From Thermoanaerobaculia bacterium (GTDB lineage Bacteria; Acidobacteriota; Thermoanaerobaculia; UBA5066), in assembly GCA_048500275.1 (NCBI GenBank), contig JASNYI010000003.1:869516-933515 (forward strand): 64,000 nt of DNA, written 5' to 3'. A model generated the notes under the pieces. The model worked only from the letters and a program-made list of their open reading frames with translations. It had not been told where the DNA came from and ran no database searches. Within the stretch, counting starts at the first letter, position 1. Each line of letters opens with the position of its first letter. This document shows, one piece after another, positions 19,373 to 26,925 of the stretch. The position numbers and the translations under genes were made by a program.

Positions 19373-19443
19373 CGAACGCGTCAGGATAGACCCTCACGCG
19401 TGAAGGGGGCGTGAGCGGGAAACCGCGTCTCAGGACGCGTTCG
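19373..19443. terminator. GC-rich nested inverted repeats: CGAACGCGTC...GACGCGTTCG flanking an inner TCACGCGTGA palindrome. Candidate terminator or operator.
   Basis: A 10-bp perfect inverted repeat at 19373-19382 / 19434-19443 with an inner palindrome. It sits 30 nt downstream of the stop of CDS 19473..20054 and upstream of the pseudogene start. There is no U-tract. Confidence 0.25.
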
Positions 19444-19472
19444 TCCCGCCGGCCCGCCCGCTCTCCCCGGGC

Positions 19473-20054
19473 TCACTTCTTCAGGAGGCCCGGGAGCTTC
19501 TTCGCCGCCTTCTCCGCCGCGTCGCGCGTCGCTTCCAGCTCCGACGTCTCCCCGTCCTCGCCTTCCCCCCGGCGGTAGGACGCGGTGCCGGTGACCTCGA
19601 GCGGCTTCGCGACCTTCCCCGTTGCCGCGTCGACGGAGCGGATCGAGACCCCGCAGTCGACCCGCACGTTCTCGATGATCCGGTCGACGCGGTAGCCCTC
19701 GGGCGTCGTGTCGTTGTAGCGCATCCGGCTCACCTCGACGCGGCAGGGCGAAAGGGAGATCGCGAGCCACGTCTCCCCCGGCCACTCCCTCCGGAACGTC
19801 CGCGCGGCCTCGCCGCCCGGGTCGGCGCCCAGCGAGCCGAGCGACGCTCCCGCGAGGCGCGCGTCCGAGAAGAGGACCTTGCCGCCGTCCGAGAGCTCGG
19901 ATTCGAACCGGGCCACGAACGCCGAAAGCTCCTCCTCCCGGCCGTCGGCCTCCACGAGGACGACCCCCGGTTTCGCCTTGGCGGCCGCGTAAACGCCGGA
20001 AGCCGGAAGGAGGGAGAGCAGCGCGAGGGCGGAGGCGAGCGGGGCGGTGCGCAT
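19473..20054 (-). CDS. Hypothetical secreted protein.
   Basis: Internal ATG at 20054 of ORF 19473..20276 gives MRTAPLASALALLSLLPASGVYAAAKA (signal peptide). The remaining sequence is of mixed composition. It is divergent from the TonB receptor gene. Confidence 0.55.
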   Translation of the reverse strand: MRTAPLASALALLSLLPASGVYAAAKAKPGVVLVEADGREEELSAFVARFESELSDGGKVLFSDARLAGASLGSLGADPGGEAARTFRREWPGETWLAISLSPCRVEVSRMRYNDTTPEGYRVDRIIENVRVDCGVSIRSVDAATGKVAKPLEVTGTASYRRGEGEDGETSELEATRDAAEKAAKKLPGLLKK

Positions 20055-20100
20055 GCGGCAAGAGTAGCGCGGCCGGCGGGCCCGGCTATCCTCCCCGCGC

Positions 20101-21987
20101 ATGACCCCGCGGACCCCACTCGTCGAAGTCCTCCTCTTCGCTCTCCTTCTCTCCGGCCCCGCGGCCGCCGAGGCCCCGGAGCCCGGGGAGGCGCCGAGAC
20201 CCGTGGAGGCCGAGGTCGCCGTCGTCGCGTCCCACACCGGGGTCGAGGCGGCGGCGTCGACGGTCGCCGTCCTCACGCGAAAGGAGATCGAGCGGCTCCC
20301 CGCCCGCTCCCTCGCCGAGCTCCTGCGCTACCTCCCGTCCGTCGACGTGAGGCGTCGCGGCCCGGAAGGGGTCCAGGCCGACGTGTCGCTGCGCGGCGCC
20401 GACTACAACGGGACCCTCGTCCTCGTCGACGGCGAGCCGGTGAACGACCCCCAGACGAACCACCACACCCTGAACCTCGACGTCCCCTCCGACGCGATCG
20501 AGCGGATCGAGGTGCTCTACGGGGCCGCCTCGGCGCTCTACGGGTCGGAGGCCGTCGGCGGCGTCATCCACGTCGTCACGCGCGGCGGGGCCCTCGGCGG
20601 GGCCCGCGCCCAGGTCGAGGGGCGCTACGCCCACGGCTCTCACTCCCTCGACGCGGGGAGCCTCCGCGTCGCGACGAAGGCCGGCGACGCCGTCACCGTC
20701 TCGGTCGACGCCTCGCGTTCCGAGTCGAGCGGGTTCCGCGACGACCGCGAGCACTCGGTGGGCTCCCTCCGGGCGGCGGTCCGCGTCGACACGGCGATCG
20801 GGCCGGTCACGCTCGCCGCCGGCGCCGCGAGCCGCGACTTCGGCGCGTACGCGTTCTACGGCACCCGCTTCCCGAACCAGTACGAGGAGACGCGGACGCG
20901 AAGCCTCCGCCTCTCGGCCGACCTCGACCTCGGGGCCGGCTGGACCCTCGCGCCCTCCGCCTCCGTCCGCAACCACCGCGACGACTTCATCCTCGAAAGG
21001 ACCGACCCGTCCTTCTACCGGAACCTCCACGAGACCGACCGGACGACCCTCCGGCTCGTGGCCCGCCGCCCTCTCCTCGGCGGCACTCTCGCCGTCGGAG
21101 GCGAGGCGGGGCGCGACACGATCGACTCCACGAACCTCGGCGACCACGCGCGCTCGCGCGGGGCCGTCTTCGCCGAGCTCGGGCGACCCTTCTCCGCCGC
21201 GTCTCCCTCCGCGGGAGGGTTCCGCGCCGGCCTCCGCGCCGACCGGTACGACGGCTTCGGGACGCGCCTCTCCCCTCAGCTGGCGGCCTGGGCCTCGCTT
21301 GGCGGAGGTGCGAGGGCGCGCGCCTCCGTCGGCACCGCCTTCCGGGTCCCGACCTTCACCGAGCTCTACTACGTGGACCCCCAGACGGTCGGCAACCCCG
21401 ACCTCGACCCCGAGACGGCCACGAACGTGGAGGCCGGCCTCTCCTGGGGCGTCGGCCCGGTGTCCCTCGACGCCGCCGTCTTCTACCGCCACGGGACCGA
21501 CCTGATCGACTTCGTCAGGTCGTCCCCGGCCGAGCCCTGGCGCGCGACGAACCTCCGGACCGTCGACACGCGCGGCCTAGAGGCGACCGTGGCTCTCGAC
21601 CCAGCCCGTCTCGGGCGCTCCCCGCTGACGCGCCTCTCCCTCCACGCCGCCTTCTACTCGGCCGACCTCGCGGCGCTCCGCGCCGAGGCCGGGGCGGCCG
21701 AGGGACGCTACGTCCTCGACCCGCTCCGCACCCGGTGGGATCTCGTCGCCGAGGCGCGCCTCCCCTTCCGCCTCGACGCGCTCGCTCGCCTCTCGTACTT
21801 CGACCGGCCGTCGTTCGAGGACGCCGTCCTCCTCCTCGACGCCCGGCTCGGGTACGGCCTCCTCGAGGGGAACCTCCTCGAGCTCACCCTCGAGGGCGAG
21901 AACCTCGGCGACGTGACCTACGAGGAGATTCCGGGCGTGCCCCTCCCGGGCCGCACGATCGTCCTCGGCCTGCGCCTCGCCTACTGA
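20101..21987 (+). CDS. TonB-dependent outer-membrane receptor.
   Basis: Track ORF of 628 aa. Signal peptide present. Plug-domain motifs (…LRYLPSVDVRRRGPEGVQADVSLRGADYNGTLVLVDGEPVND…, IERIEVLYGAASALYGSEAVGGVIHVVT). Beta-barrel with a C-terminal aromatic residue (…GLRLAY). Confidence 0.85.
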   Translation: MTPRTPLVEVLLFALLLSGPAAAEAPEPGEAPRPVEAEVAVVASHTGVEAAASTVAVLTRKEIERLPARSLAELLRYLPSVDVRRRGPEGVQADVSLRGADYNGTLVLVDGEPVNDPQTNHHTLNLDVPSDAIERIEVLYGAASALYGSEAVGGVIHVVTRGGALGGARAQVEGRYAHGSHSLDAGSLRVATKAGDAVTVSVDASRSESSGFRDDREHSVGSLRAAVRVDTAIGPVTLAAGAASRDFGAYAFYGTRFPNQYEETRTRSLRLSADLDLGAGWTLAPSASVRNHRDDFILERTDPSFYRNLHETDRTTLRLVARRPLLGGTLAVGGEAGRDTIDSTNLGDHARSRGAVFAELGRPFSAASPSAGGFRAGLRADRYDGFGTRLSPQLAAWASLGGGARARASVGTAFRVPTFTELYYVDPQTVGNPDLDPETATNVEAGLSWGVGPVSLDAAVFYRHGTDLIDFVRSSPAEPWRATNLRTVDTRGLEATVALDPARLGRSPLTRLSLHAAFYSADLAALRAEAGAAEGRYVLDPLRTRWDLVAEARLPFRLDALARLSYFDRPSFEDAVLLLDARLGYGLLEGNLLELTLEGENLGDVTYEEIPGVPLPGRTIVLGLRLAY

Positions 21988-22029
21988 CCCGGAGGGTAAA
22001 CTCCGGATCGCGAGGGCGCACCGGCTGCA

Positions 22030-22704
22030 ATGCACAAGATCCTGCTCGTCGACGACATGAGGAGCTTCCTCGACCTCGAGGCGACGTTCCTCTCGCGTGC
22101 CGAGTGCCGCCTCCTGACCGCGTCGACCGGCCTGGAGGCGATCCGGGTCGCCCGGATCGAGAAGCCCGACCTCGTCGTCCTCGACATCGAGATGCCGGAG
22201 ATGAACGGCATCCAGGCCTGCCGCATCCTGAAGTCCGACTCCGTCACGTCGCGAATTCCCGTCATCGTCCTCAGCTCGATGCAGATGGAGGACGAGGCCC
22301 GCCGCGCCGGGGCGAGCCACTTCCTGCGCAAGCCGATCGACGAGCCGACGTTCCTTGCGGAAGTGAAGAGGTTCCTCCCGATCGTCGAGCGGGCCGAGAC
22401 GCGCGTCGCCGTCGAGGCCCCGGTCACCCTCCGGGGAGACGGGGAGCCCTACGAGGCCCGGCTCGTGAACCTCTCGACGACCGGCTTCTACGTCGCGACC
22501 GGCCGGCGTCACCCGATCGGCGCTCGGCTCGACGTCTCCTTCTCCCTCCCGAGGGACCCGGCCGTCCAACCCGTCGCCGGAGAGGCCCTCGTCGTCTGGC
22601 ACGGCGACGACCCGCCCGGCTTTGGCTGCCGGTTCCGCCAGGTCTCCTCGACGGCCCGACTCGTCGTCGGAGACTGGGTCGAGCGCGCCGCCGCGGCGCG
22701 CTGA
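22030..22704 (+). CDS. Response-regulator receiver domain fused to a PilZ domain (REC-PilZ).
   Basis: Track ORF of 224 aa. REC features: LLVDD, phospho-acceptor D in VVLDIEMPEMNG, and K in LRKP. The C-terminal ~100 aa fit the PilZ beta-barrel pattern (RLVNLSTTGFYVAT…DVSFSLP) but lack canonical RxxxR/DxSxxG motifs. Confidence 0.75.
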   Translation: MHKILLVDDMRSFLDLEATFLSRAECRLLTASTGLEAIRVARIEKPDLVVLDIEMPEMNGIQACRILKSDSVTSRIPVIVLSSMQMEDEARRAGASHFLRKPIDEPTFLAEVKRFLPIVERAETRVAVEAPVTLRGDGEPYEARLVNLSTTGFYVATGRRHPIGARLDVSFSLPRDPAVQPVAGEALVVWHGDDPPGFGCRFRQVSSTARLVVGDWVERAAAAR

Positions 22705-22708
22705 GGCG

Positions 22709-23143
22709 TCAGCCCTTCCCGGCTCCGAGGTCGACGAGGCGGATCCTCATCCGCTCGGCGTAGTCGTGGATCCGCGGCTCGCGGTAGAACTCCGAGAAGT
22801 AGATCGCGACGAGGCCCGCGTTGCCGATCAGCTTGAAGCAGTTCCAGCAGGGGGAGGCGGTCGTGTAGATCTCGCCCCCCTCGATGCGCACGCCGTTCAT
22901 CGCCGCCTGCAGGATCGCGTTCGCCTCCGCGTGGACGGTCGCGATGCAGTGGCCGTCCTCCATCAGGCACCCCTCCTCGTCGCAGTGCGGGAGGCCGCGC
23001 AGCGAGCCGTTGTAACCGGTGGAGAGGATCCGCCGGTCGCGCACGATGACCGCACCCACGTGCTTTCGGGGGCAGGTGGACCGCGTCGCCACCTCGGTCG
23101 CGATGTTCATGAAGTACCGGTTCCAGTCGACGCGCTCGCCCAT
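22709..23143 (-). CDS. dCMP deaminase (ComEB / cytidine-deoxycytidylate deaminase family).
   Basis: Genuine C-terminal 144 codons of artefact ORF 22709..25291. Zinc-binding HAEANAI and SPCWNCFKLI motifs are present. ATG at 23143. Confidence 0.85.
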   Translation of the reverse strand: MGERVDWNRYFMNIATEVATRSTCPRKHVGAVIVRDRRILSTGYNGSLRGLPHCDEEGCLMEDGHCIATVHAEANAILQAAMNGVRIEGGEIYTTASPCWNCFKLIGNAGLVAIYFSEFYREPRIHDYAERMRIRLVDLGAGKG

Positions 23144-23209
23144 CGTTCGATTATGCGGTCCCCGGCCCGGGGCTGCTGCGCCGCGACGGGCCCGTGTAGC
23201 ATTCCGCCC

Positions 23210-24424
23210 ATGCCCGTCAGGACCGTCGTCGTCACCGGCCTCGGGGCCGTCAGCTCCCTGGGGAACGACCTCGCCTCCACCTGGGCCGGGCTCGTCGCCG
23301 GCCGGAGCGGGATCGGCCCCATCACTCTCTTCGACGCGAGCGCCTTCCGGACGAAGCTCGCCGCCGAGGTGCGCGAGTTGCCCGACCCGGGTGTGTCGCC
23401 GCGCCTCCGCCGGCGCCTCTCGAGGACCGACGTCATCGGCCTGGCGGCCGCCCGGGAGGCACTCGCGGATTCGGGCCTCGACCTCGGGCGCGAGGACCCC
23501 TCCCGGATCGCCGTCGTCCTCGGAGGCGGCGTCTCCGGACTCCTCGACAGCGAGAACTACTTCCGCGACCTCCTCGAGAAGGGGCCCCGCGGGGCGCGCC
23601 CCACCCGCATCCTGAACCATCCCCCCGACCAGACGACCGACCGGATCGCCGAGATGTGGGGCTTTCTCGGCCCGCGCGCGACGATCACGACGGCCTGCTC
23701 CTCTTCCTCGACGTCTCTCGGCTACGCCTCGGACCTGATCCGCGCCGGGATCGCCGACGTCGTCGTGACGGGCGGGGCCGACACGTTCGCCCGCCTCACG
23801 CACGGCGGGTTCAACGCCCTCCGCGCCTGCGACGCCGAGCCGTGCCGCCCGTTCGACCGGGGCCGCAAGGGCCTCACGATCGGCGAGGCCTCGGGGATCC
23901 TCGTCTTCGAGGAGGAGGGGCGGGCGCGGCGTCGCGGCGCCACGATCCGCGCCCGCTTCCTCGGCTACGGCCTCACGAGCGACGCCCATCACATGACCCA
24001 GCCCGAGCCTTCGGGCGAGGCCTGCGCGCGGACGATCCGCGCCTGCCTGAAGGCCGCGCGCCTCGACCCGGGAGACGTCGACTACGTGAACGCCCACGGC
24101 ACGGCCACCGTCCAGAACGACCCCGCCGAGACCCTCTCCATCAAGATCGCCCTCGGCGAGCGGGCGCGGGAGATCTGCATCTCGTCGAACAAGTCGATGC
24201 TCGGCCACTGCCTCTGCTCTGCGGGGGCAATCGAGGCCGTCGCGACGGTGAGGACGATCGAGACCGGCGTCGTGCCGCCGACGATCAGCTACGTCGAGCC
24301 CGACCCGGAGTGCGACCTCGACGTCGTCCCGAACGTGGCGCGCGAGGTCGCCGTCCGCGTCGCCCTCTCGAACTCCTTCGCCTTCGGCGGGAACTCCACC
24401 GTCGTCGCGTTCGGGAAGGCCTGA
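23210..24424 (+). CDS. Beta-ketoacyl-ACP synthase II-like (FabF/KSalpha) with an intact Cys-His-His triad.
   Basis: Internal ATG at 23210 of ORF 22622..24424 gives MPVRTVVVTGLGAVSSLG. Active-site Cys in ATITTACSSS. His residues in YVNAHGTAT and NKSMLGHCLCSAG. Confidence 0.85.
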   Translation: MPVRTVVVTGLGAVSSLGNDLASTWAGLVAGRSGIGPITLFDASAFRTKLAAEVRELPDPGVSPRLRRRLSRTDVIGLAAAREALADSGLDLGREDPSRIAVVLGGGVSGLLDSENYFRDLLEKGPRGARPTRILNHPPDQTTDRIAEMWGFLGPRATITTACSSSSTSLGYASDLIRAGIADVVVTGGADTFARLTHGGFNALRACDAEPCRPFDRGRKGLTIGEASGILVFEEEGRARRRGATIRARFLGYGLTSDAHHMTQPEPSGEACARTIRACLKAARLDPGDVDYVNAHGTATVQNDPAETLSIKIALGERAREICISSNKSMLGHCLCSAGAIEAVATVRTIETGVVPPTISYVEPDPECDLDVVPNVAREVAVRVALSNSFAFGGNSTVVAFGKA

Positions 24425-24433
24425 GGGCGCGCC

Positions 24434-25534
24434 GTGAGAGAGATCCTCGTCACCGGCGCCGCGGCCGTCACCCCGCTCGGAAGGGACCTCGAGACGACCG
24501 CCGCCCGCCTCGCCGCGGGAGAGAACGCGATCGCCGAGGTCCCCGTCTCCGAGGCCGGCGAGCGCAAGGGTGCGGCCTTCGCCGCCCGGATCGGCGCTTT
24601 CACGACCGAGCCCGAGATGCCCCGGTCGAAGGCCCGCCGCCTCGACCGCGCCAGCCAGTTCGCCGTCGTCGCCGTCACCCGCTGCATCGCCGAGGCGGGC
24701 TGGACGATGGCGGGGCACGAGGAGGAGACCGGCATCCTCCTCGGCACCGGCTCCGCCGGCGCCACCCCCCTCGTCGACTTCGAGCGGCAGATGGCCGTCG
24801 AGTCGCCAGACGCCGCCTCGCCGTTCCTCTTTCCCTGTACGGTCGCGAACGCCCCCGCCTCGGTCGCCGCGATCGAGCTGAAGATCAAGGGCCCGAACGT
24901 CACGATCACGCAGAAGGACCCCGCGGGGCTGAACGCCCTCTTCTACGCCCGCCTTCTCGTCGGGGACGAGCGGGCGGCGGCGATCGTCGTCGGGGCGGTC
25001 GACGAGTGGAACCTGACCTACCACCTCACCTACGAGAGGCTCGGCGTCCTTCGTACCCAGACGAAGCCGGGCTACGTCCTGGCCGAGGGGTGCTCCGTCG
25101 TCCTCCTCGAAGACGGCCGTTCGGCCCGCGCCCGCGGCGCCCGCCCCTGGGCGCGCCTCGCCGGCGCCGCTTCGGCCGGATCGGCCGTCTCGCCGCAACA
25201 GCGCCGCGCCCGGCCGGAGGACGTCGCCGCCACGATCCGCGCGGCCCTCGCCGACGCCGGGCTCGACGCCTCGCGCGTCGGCCTCGTCCACGCCTCGGCC
25301 AACGGCGTCCCGTGGGTCGACGCGGCCGAGGAGGCCGCCCTCGCAGAGGTCTTCGGAGGCGCACCGCGCGTCGAGAGGGTCAAGCTGCAGGCTGGAGAGA
25401 ACCCCTGCTCCGGCGCCCTCCAGCTCGCCCTCGGAGCGCGCGCCCTGCGCGACGAGCCCGCGCTCGGCGCGGTCCTCGTGAACTCGCTCGGCGCCGGCGG
25501 CAACCAGATCGCCGTCGTCCTCGCCGCGCCGTGA
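24434..25534 (+). CDS. KS-beta / chain-length-factor-like ketosynthase homologue lacking the catalytic Cys.
   Basis: Track ORF of 366 aa with a thiolase fold. At the position of the catalytic Cys it has LGTGSAGATP (no Cys). It lies 10 nt after the KS gene. Confidence 0.75.
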   Translation: MREILVTGAAAVTPLGRDLETTAARLAAGENAIAEVPVSEAGERKGAAFAARIGAFTTEPEMPRSKARRLDRASQFAVVAVTRCIAEAGWTMAGHEEETGILLGTGSAGATPLVDFERQMAVESPDAASPFLFPCTVANAPASVAAIELKIKGPNVTITQKDPAGLNALFYARLLVGDERAAAIVVGAVDEWNLTYHLTYERLGVLRTQTKPGYVLAEGCSVVLLEDGRSARARGARPWARLAGAASAGSAVSPQQRRARPEDVAATIRAALADAGLDASRVGLVHASANGVPWVDAAEEAALAEVFGGAPRVERVKLQAGENPCSGALQLALGARALRDEPALGAVLVNSLGAGGNQIAVVLAAP

Positions 25535-26016
25535 TGACCCCCGCGAGCTCCGGCGCGCCTCGCCCCTTCCGCGTCGACTTCGAGGTCCGCTTCCCCGAGG
25601 TCGACGCCTACCGCGTCGTCTGGCACGGGAACTACGTCCTCTACTGCGAGGTCGCGAGAAACGCCCTCTGCGCGGCCGCCGGCTTCACCCCGGCCGAGGC
25701 TCTCGCGTACGGGTACCGCGTGCCGATCACGAAGTTCGATATCGCCGTGAGGCGCCCCGCCCGCCTCGACGACCGGCTCGAAGTCTCGTGCACGCTCCGC
25801 CCGCCCCTGACGGCGAAGCTCGAGATGGACTACGAGGTCCGCCGTCTCCCCGACCGGCTACTCCTCGCCACCGGCTTCACGCAGCAGGTCCTCCTCAGCC
25901 CGAGCGACGAGCTCCTCCTCACCTTCCCGAAGCCGGTCCGCGAGCTGGTCGACAGGATCCTCGCCTTCCAGCGCGGGGAGCGGGAGCTGACGGGGGAGAA
26001 GATCCCCATCGGTTAG
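25534..26016 (+). CDS. Hotdog-fold acyl-CoA thioesterase (4HBT/YbgC-like).
   Basis: Genuine last 161 codons of ORF 23656..26016. The ATG overlaps the KS-beta stop (TGATG at 25532-25536). Motif FEVRFPEVDAYRVVWHGNYVLYCEVARN is typical of 4HBT thioesterases. Confidence 0.75.
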   Translation: MTPASSGAPRPFRVDFEVRFPEVDAYRVVWHGNYVLYCEVARNALCAAAGFTPAEALAYGYRVPITKFDIAVRRPARLDDRLEVSCTLRPPLTAKLEMDYEVRRLPDRLLLATGFTQQVLLSPSDELLLTFPKPVRELVDRILAFQRGERELTGEKIPIG

Positions 26017-26052
26017 GCGGCCGGCGCCCCGGCGGCGTAGAGTCGGCACGGA

Positions 26053-26583
26053 ATGGACGCGGCGCGCGTTTTGACGCTTCTGAGGCCCCACCTCGAGGCG
26101 ACCGGGACACGATGGATGCTCGCGGGCGGCCTGGCGCTCGTGGCGTGGGGGTCCACGCGCACGACGGCCGACACCGACCTCCTCGTGGAAGAGGGACTCC
26201 GGCCGGCGCTCCTCGAGCGCCTCCGGGGAGAGGGTTTCGAGATCCTCCAGGACGCCGAGGGCTTCACGAACCTCCTCCACCCCGTTCGCGAGGTCGGCCG
26301 CCTCGACCTGATCTGGGTGGAAGGCGAGACGAGCCGCCGGATGTTCGCGGCCGCCGTCGAGCGGACCGGCCCGGACGGAGCGGCGCTCCTCGTACCCGCC
26401 CCGGAGCACCTCGTCGCCATGAAGGTCAAGGCGATCAGGGAGCAGCCGACGCGCGTCTTCCGCGACGCCGAGGACCTGCGCGTCCTTCTCTCCCTGCCCG
26501 ACCTGGACGAGAATGCCGTCCGTGAGACGTTCGAACGAGCCGGCCTCGGCGAGCTCCATGCCCGCATCAAGGGAGCGTCCTGA
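26053..26583 (+). CDS. Minimal nucleotidyltransferase-fold protein (Pol-beta superfamily).
   Basis: Track ORF of 176 aa. Motif LAGGLALVAWGSTRTTADTDLLV matches GS…DxD, with a third acidic residue in RLDLIWVE. Confidence 0.55.
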   Translation: MDAARVLTLLRPHLEATGTRWMLAGGLALVAWGSTRTTADTDLLVEEGLRPALLERLRGEGFEILQDAEGFTNLLHPVREVGRLDLIWVEGETSRRMFAAAVERTGPDGAALLVPAPEHLVAMKVKAIREQPTRVFRDAEDLRVLLSLPDLDENAVRETFERAGLGELHARIKGAS

Positions 26584-26767
26584 GCCCCTCGACCTCGACG
26601 GGCTCCCGTCGGCGTCCTCCGCCGTCGCGGAGGCGCTCGCGAAGAACCGCCCCGGACCGATGTCGCTCCCGGAGTACGCCCGCTTCCTGAAGCAGTTCCG
26701 CTGGACGGAGGAGCAGCTCCGGTCGATCCCTCTCGCGAGCGGCCCGCGGTTCACACTGGACGACTGA
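26558..26767 (+). CDS. Small hypothetical protein (69 aa) overlapping the nucleotidyltransferase gene by 26 nt; possible partner or antitoxin-like.
   Basis: Internal ATG of ORF 26513..26767: MPASRERPEPLDLDGLPSASSAVAEALAKNRPGPMSLPEYARFLKQFRWTEEQLRSIPLASGPRFTLDD. Composition is protein-like, with no other support. Confidence 0.3.
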   Translation: MPASRERPEPLDLDGLPSASSAVAEALAKNRPGPMSLPEYARFLKQFRWTEEQLRSIPLASGPRFTLDD

Positions 26768-26925
26768 GCCTTCGCGCGGCCGTCAGCGCGCCGTGGACGG
26801 CGGCTCGATCGTTCGCTCGTCGAGGAGCGGCATCGCTCGCCCCCCTGAAATCGCTTGCCCCCCCTTGCCACCAGGAGGGAATTCCCGGATCCTGCGACGC
26901 GTTCTCGCTCTCGCCGGAGGTTGAT

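Noticed and set aside
22709-25291. An 860-aa minus-strand ORF and the 786-aa plus-strand ORF 23656..26016.
   Set aside because: Both are wrong-frame readings over the KS/CLF genes. Only their terminal segments are genuine (dCMP deaminase 22709..23143 and thioesterase 25534..26016).
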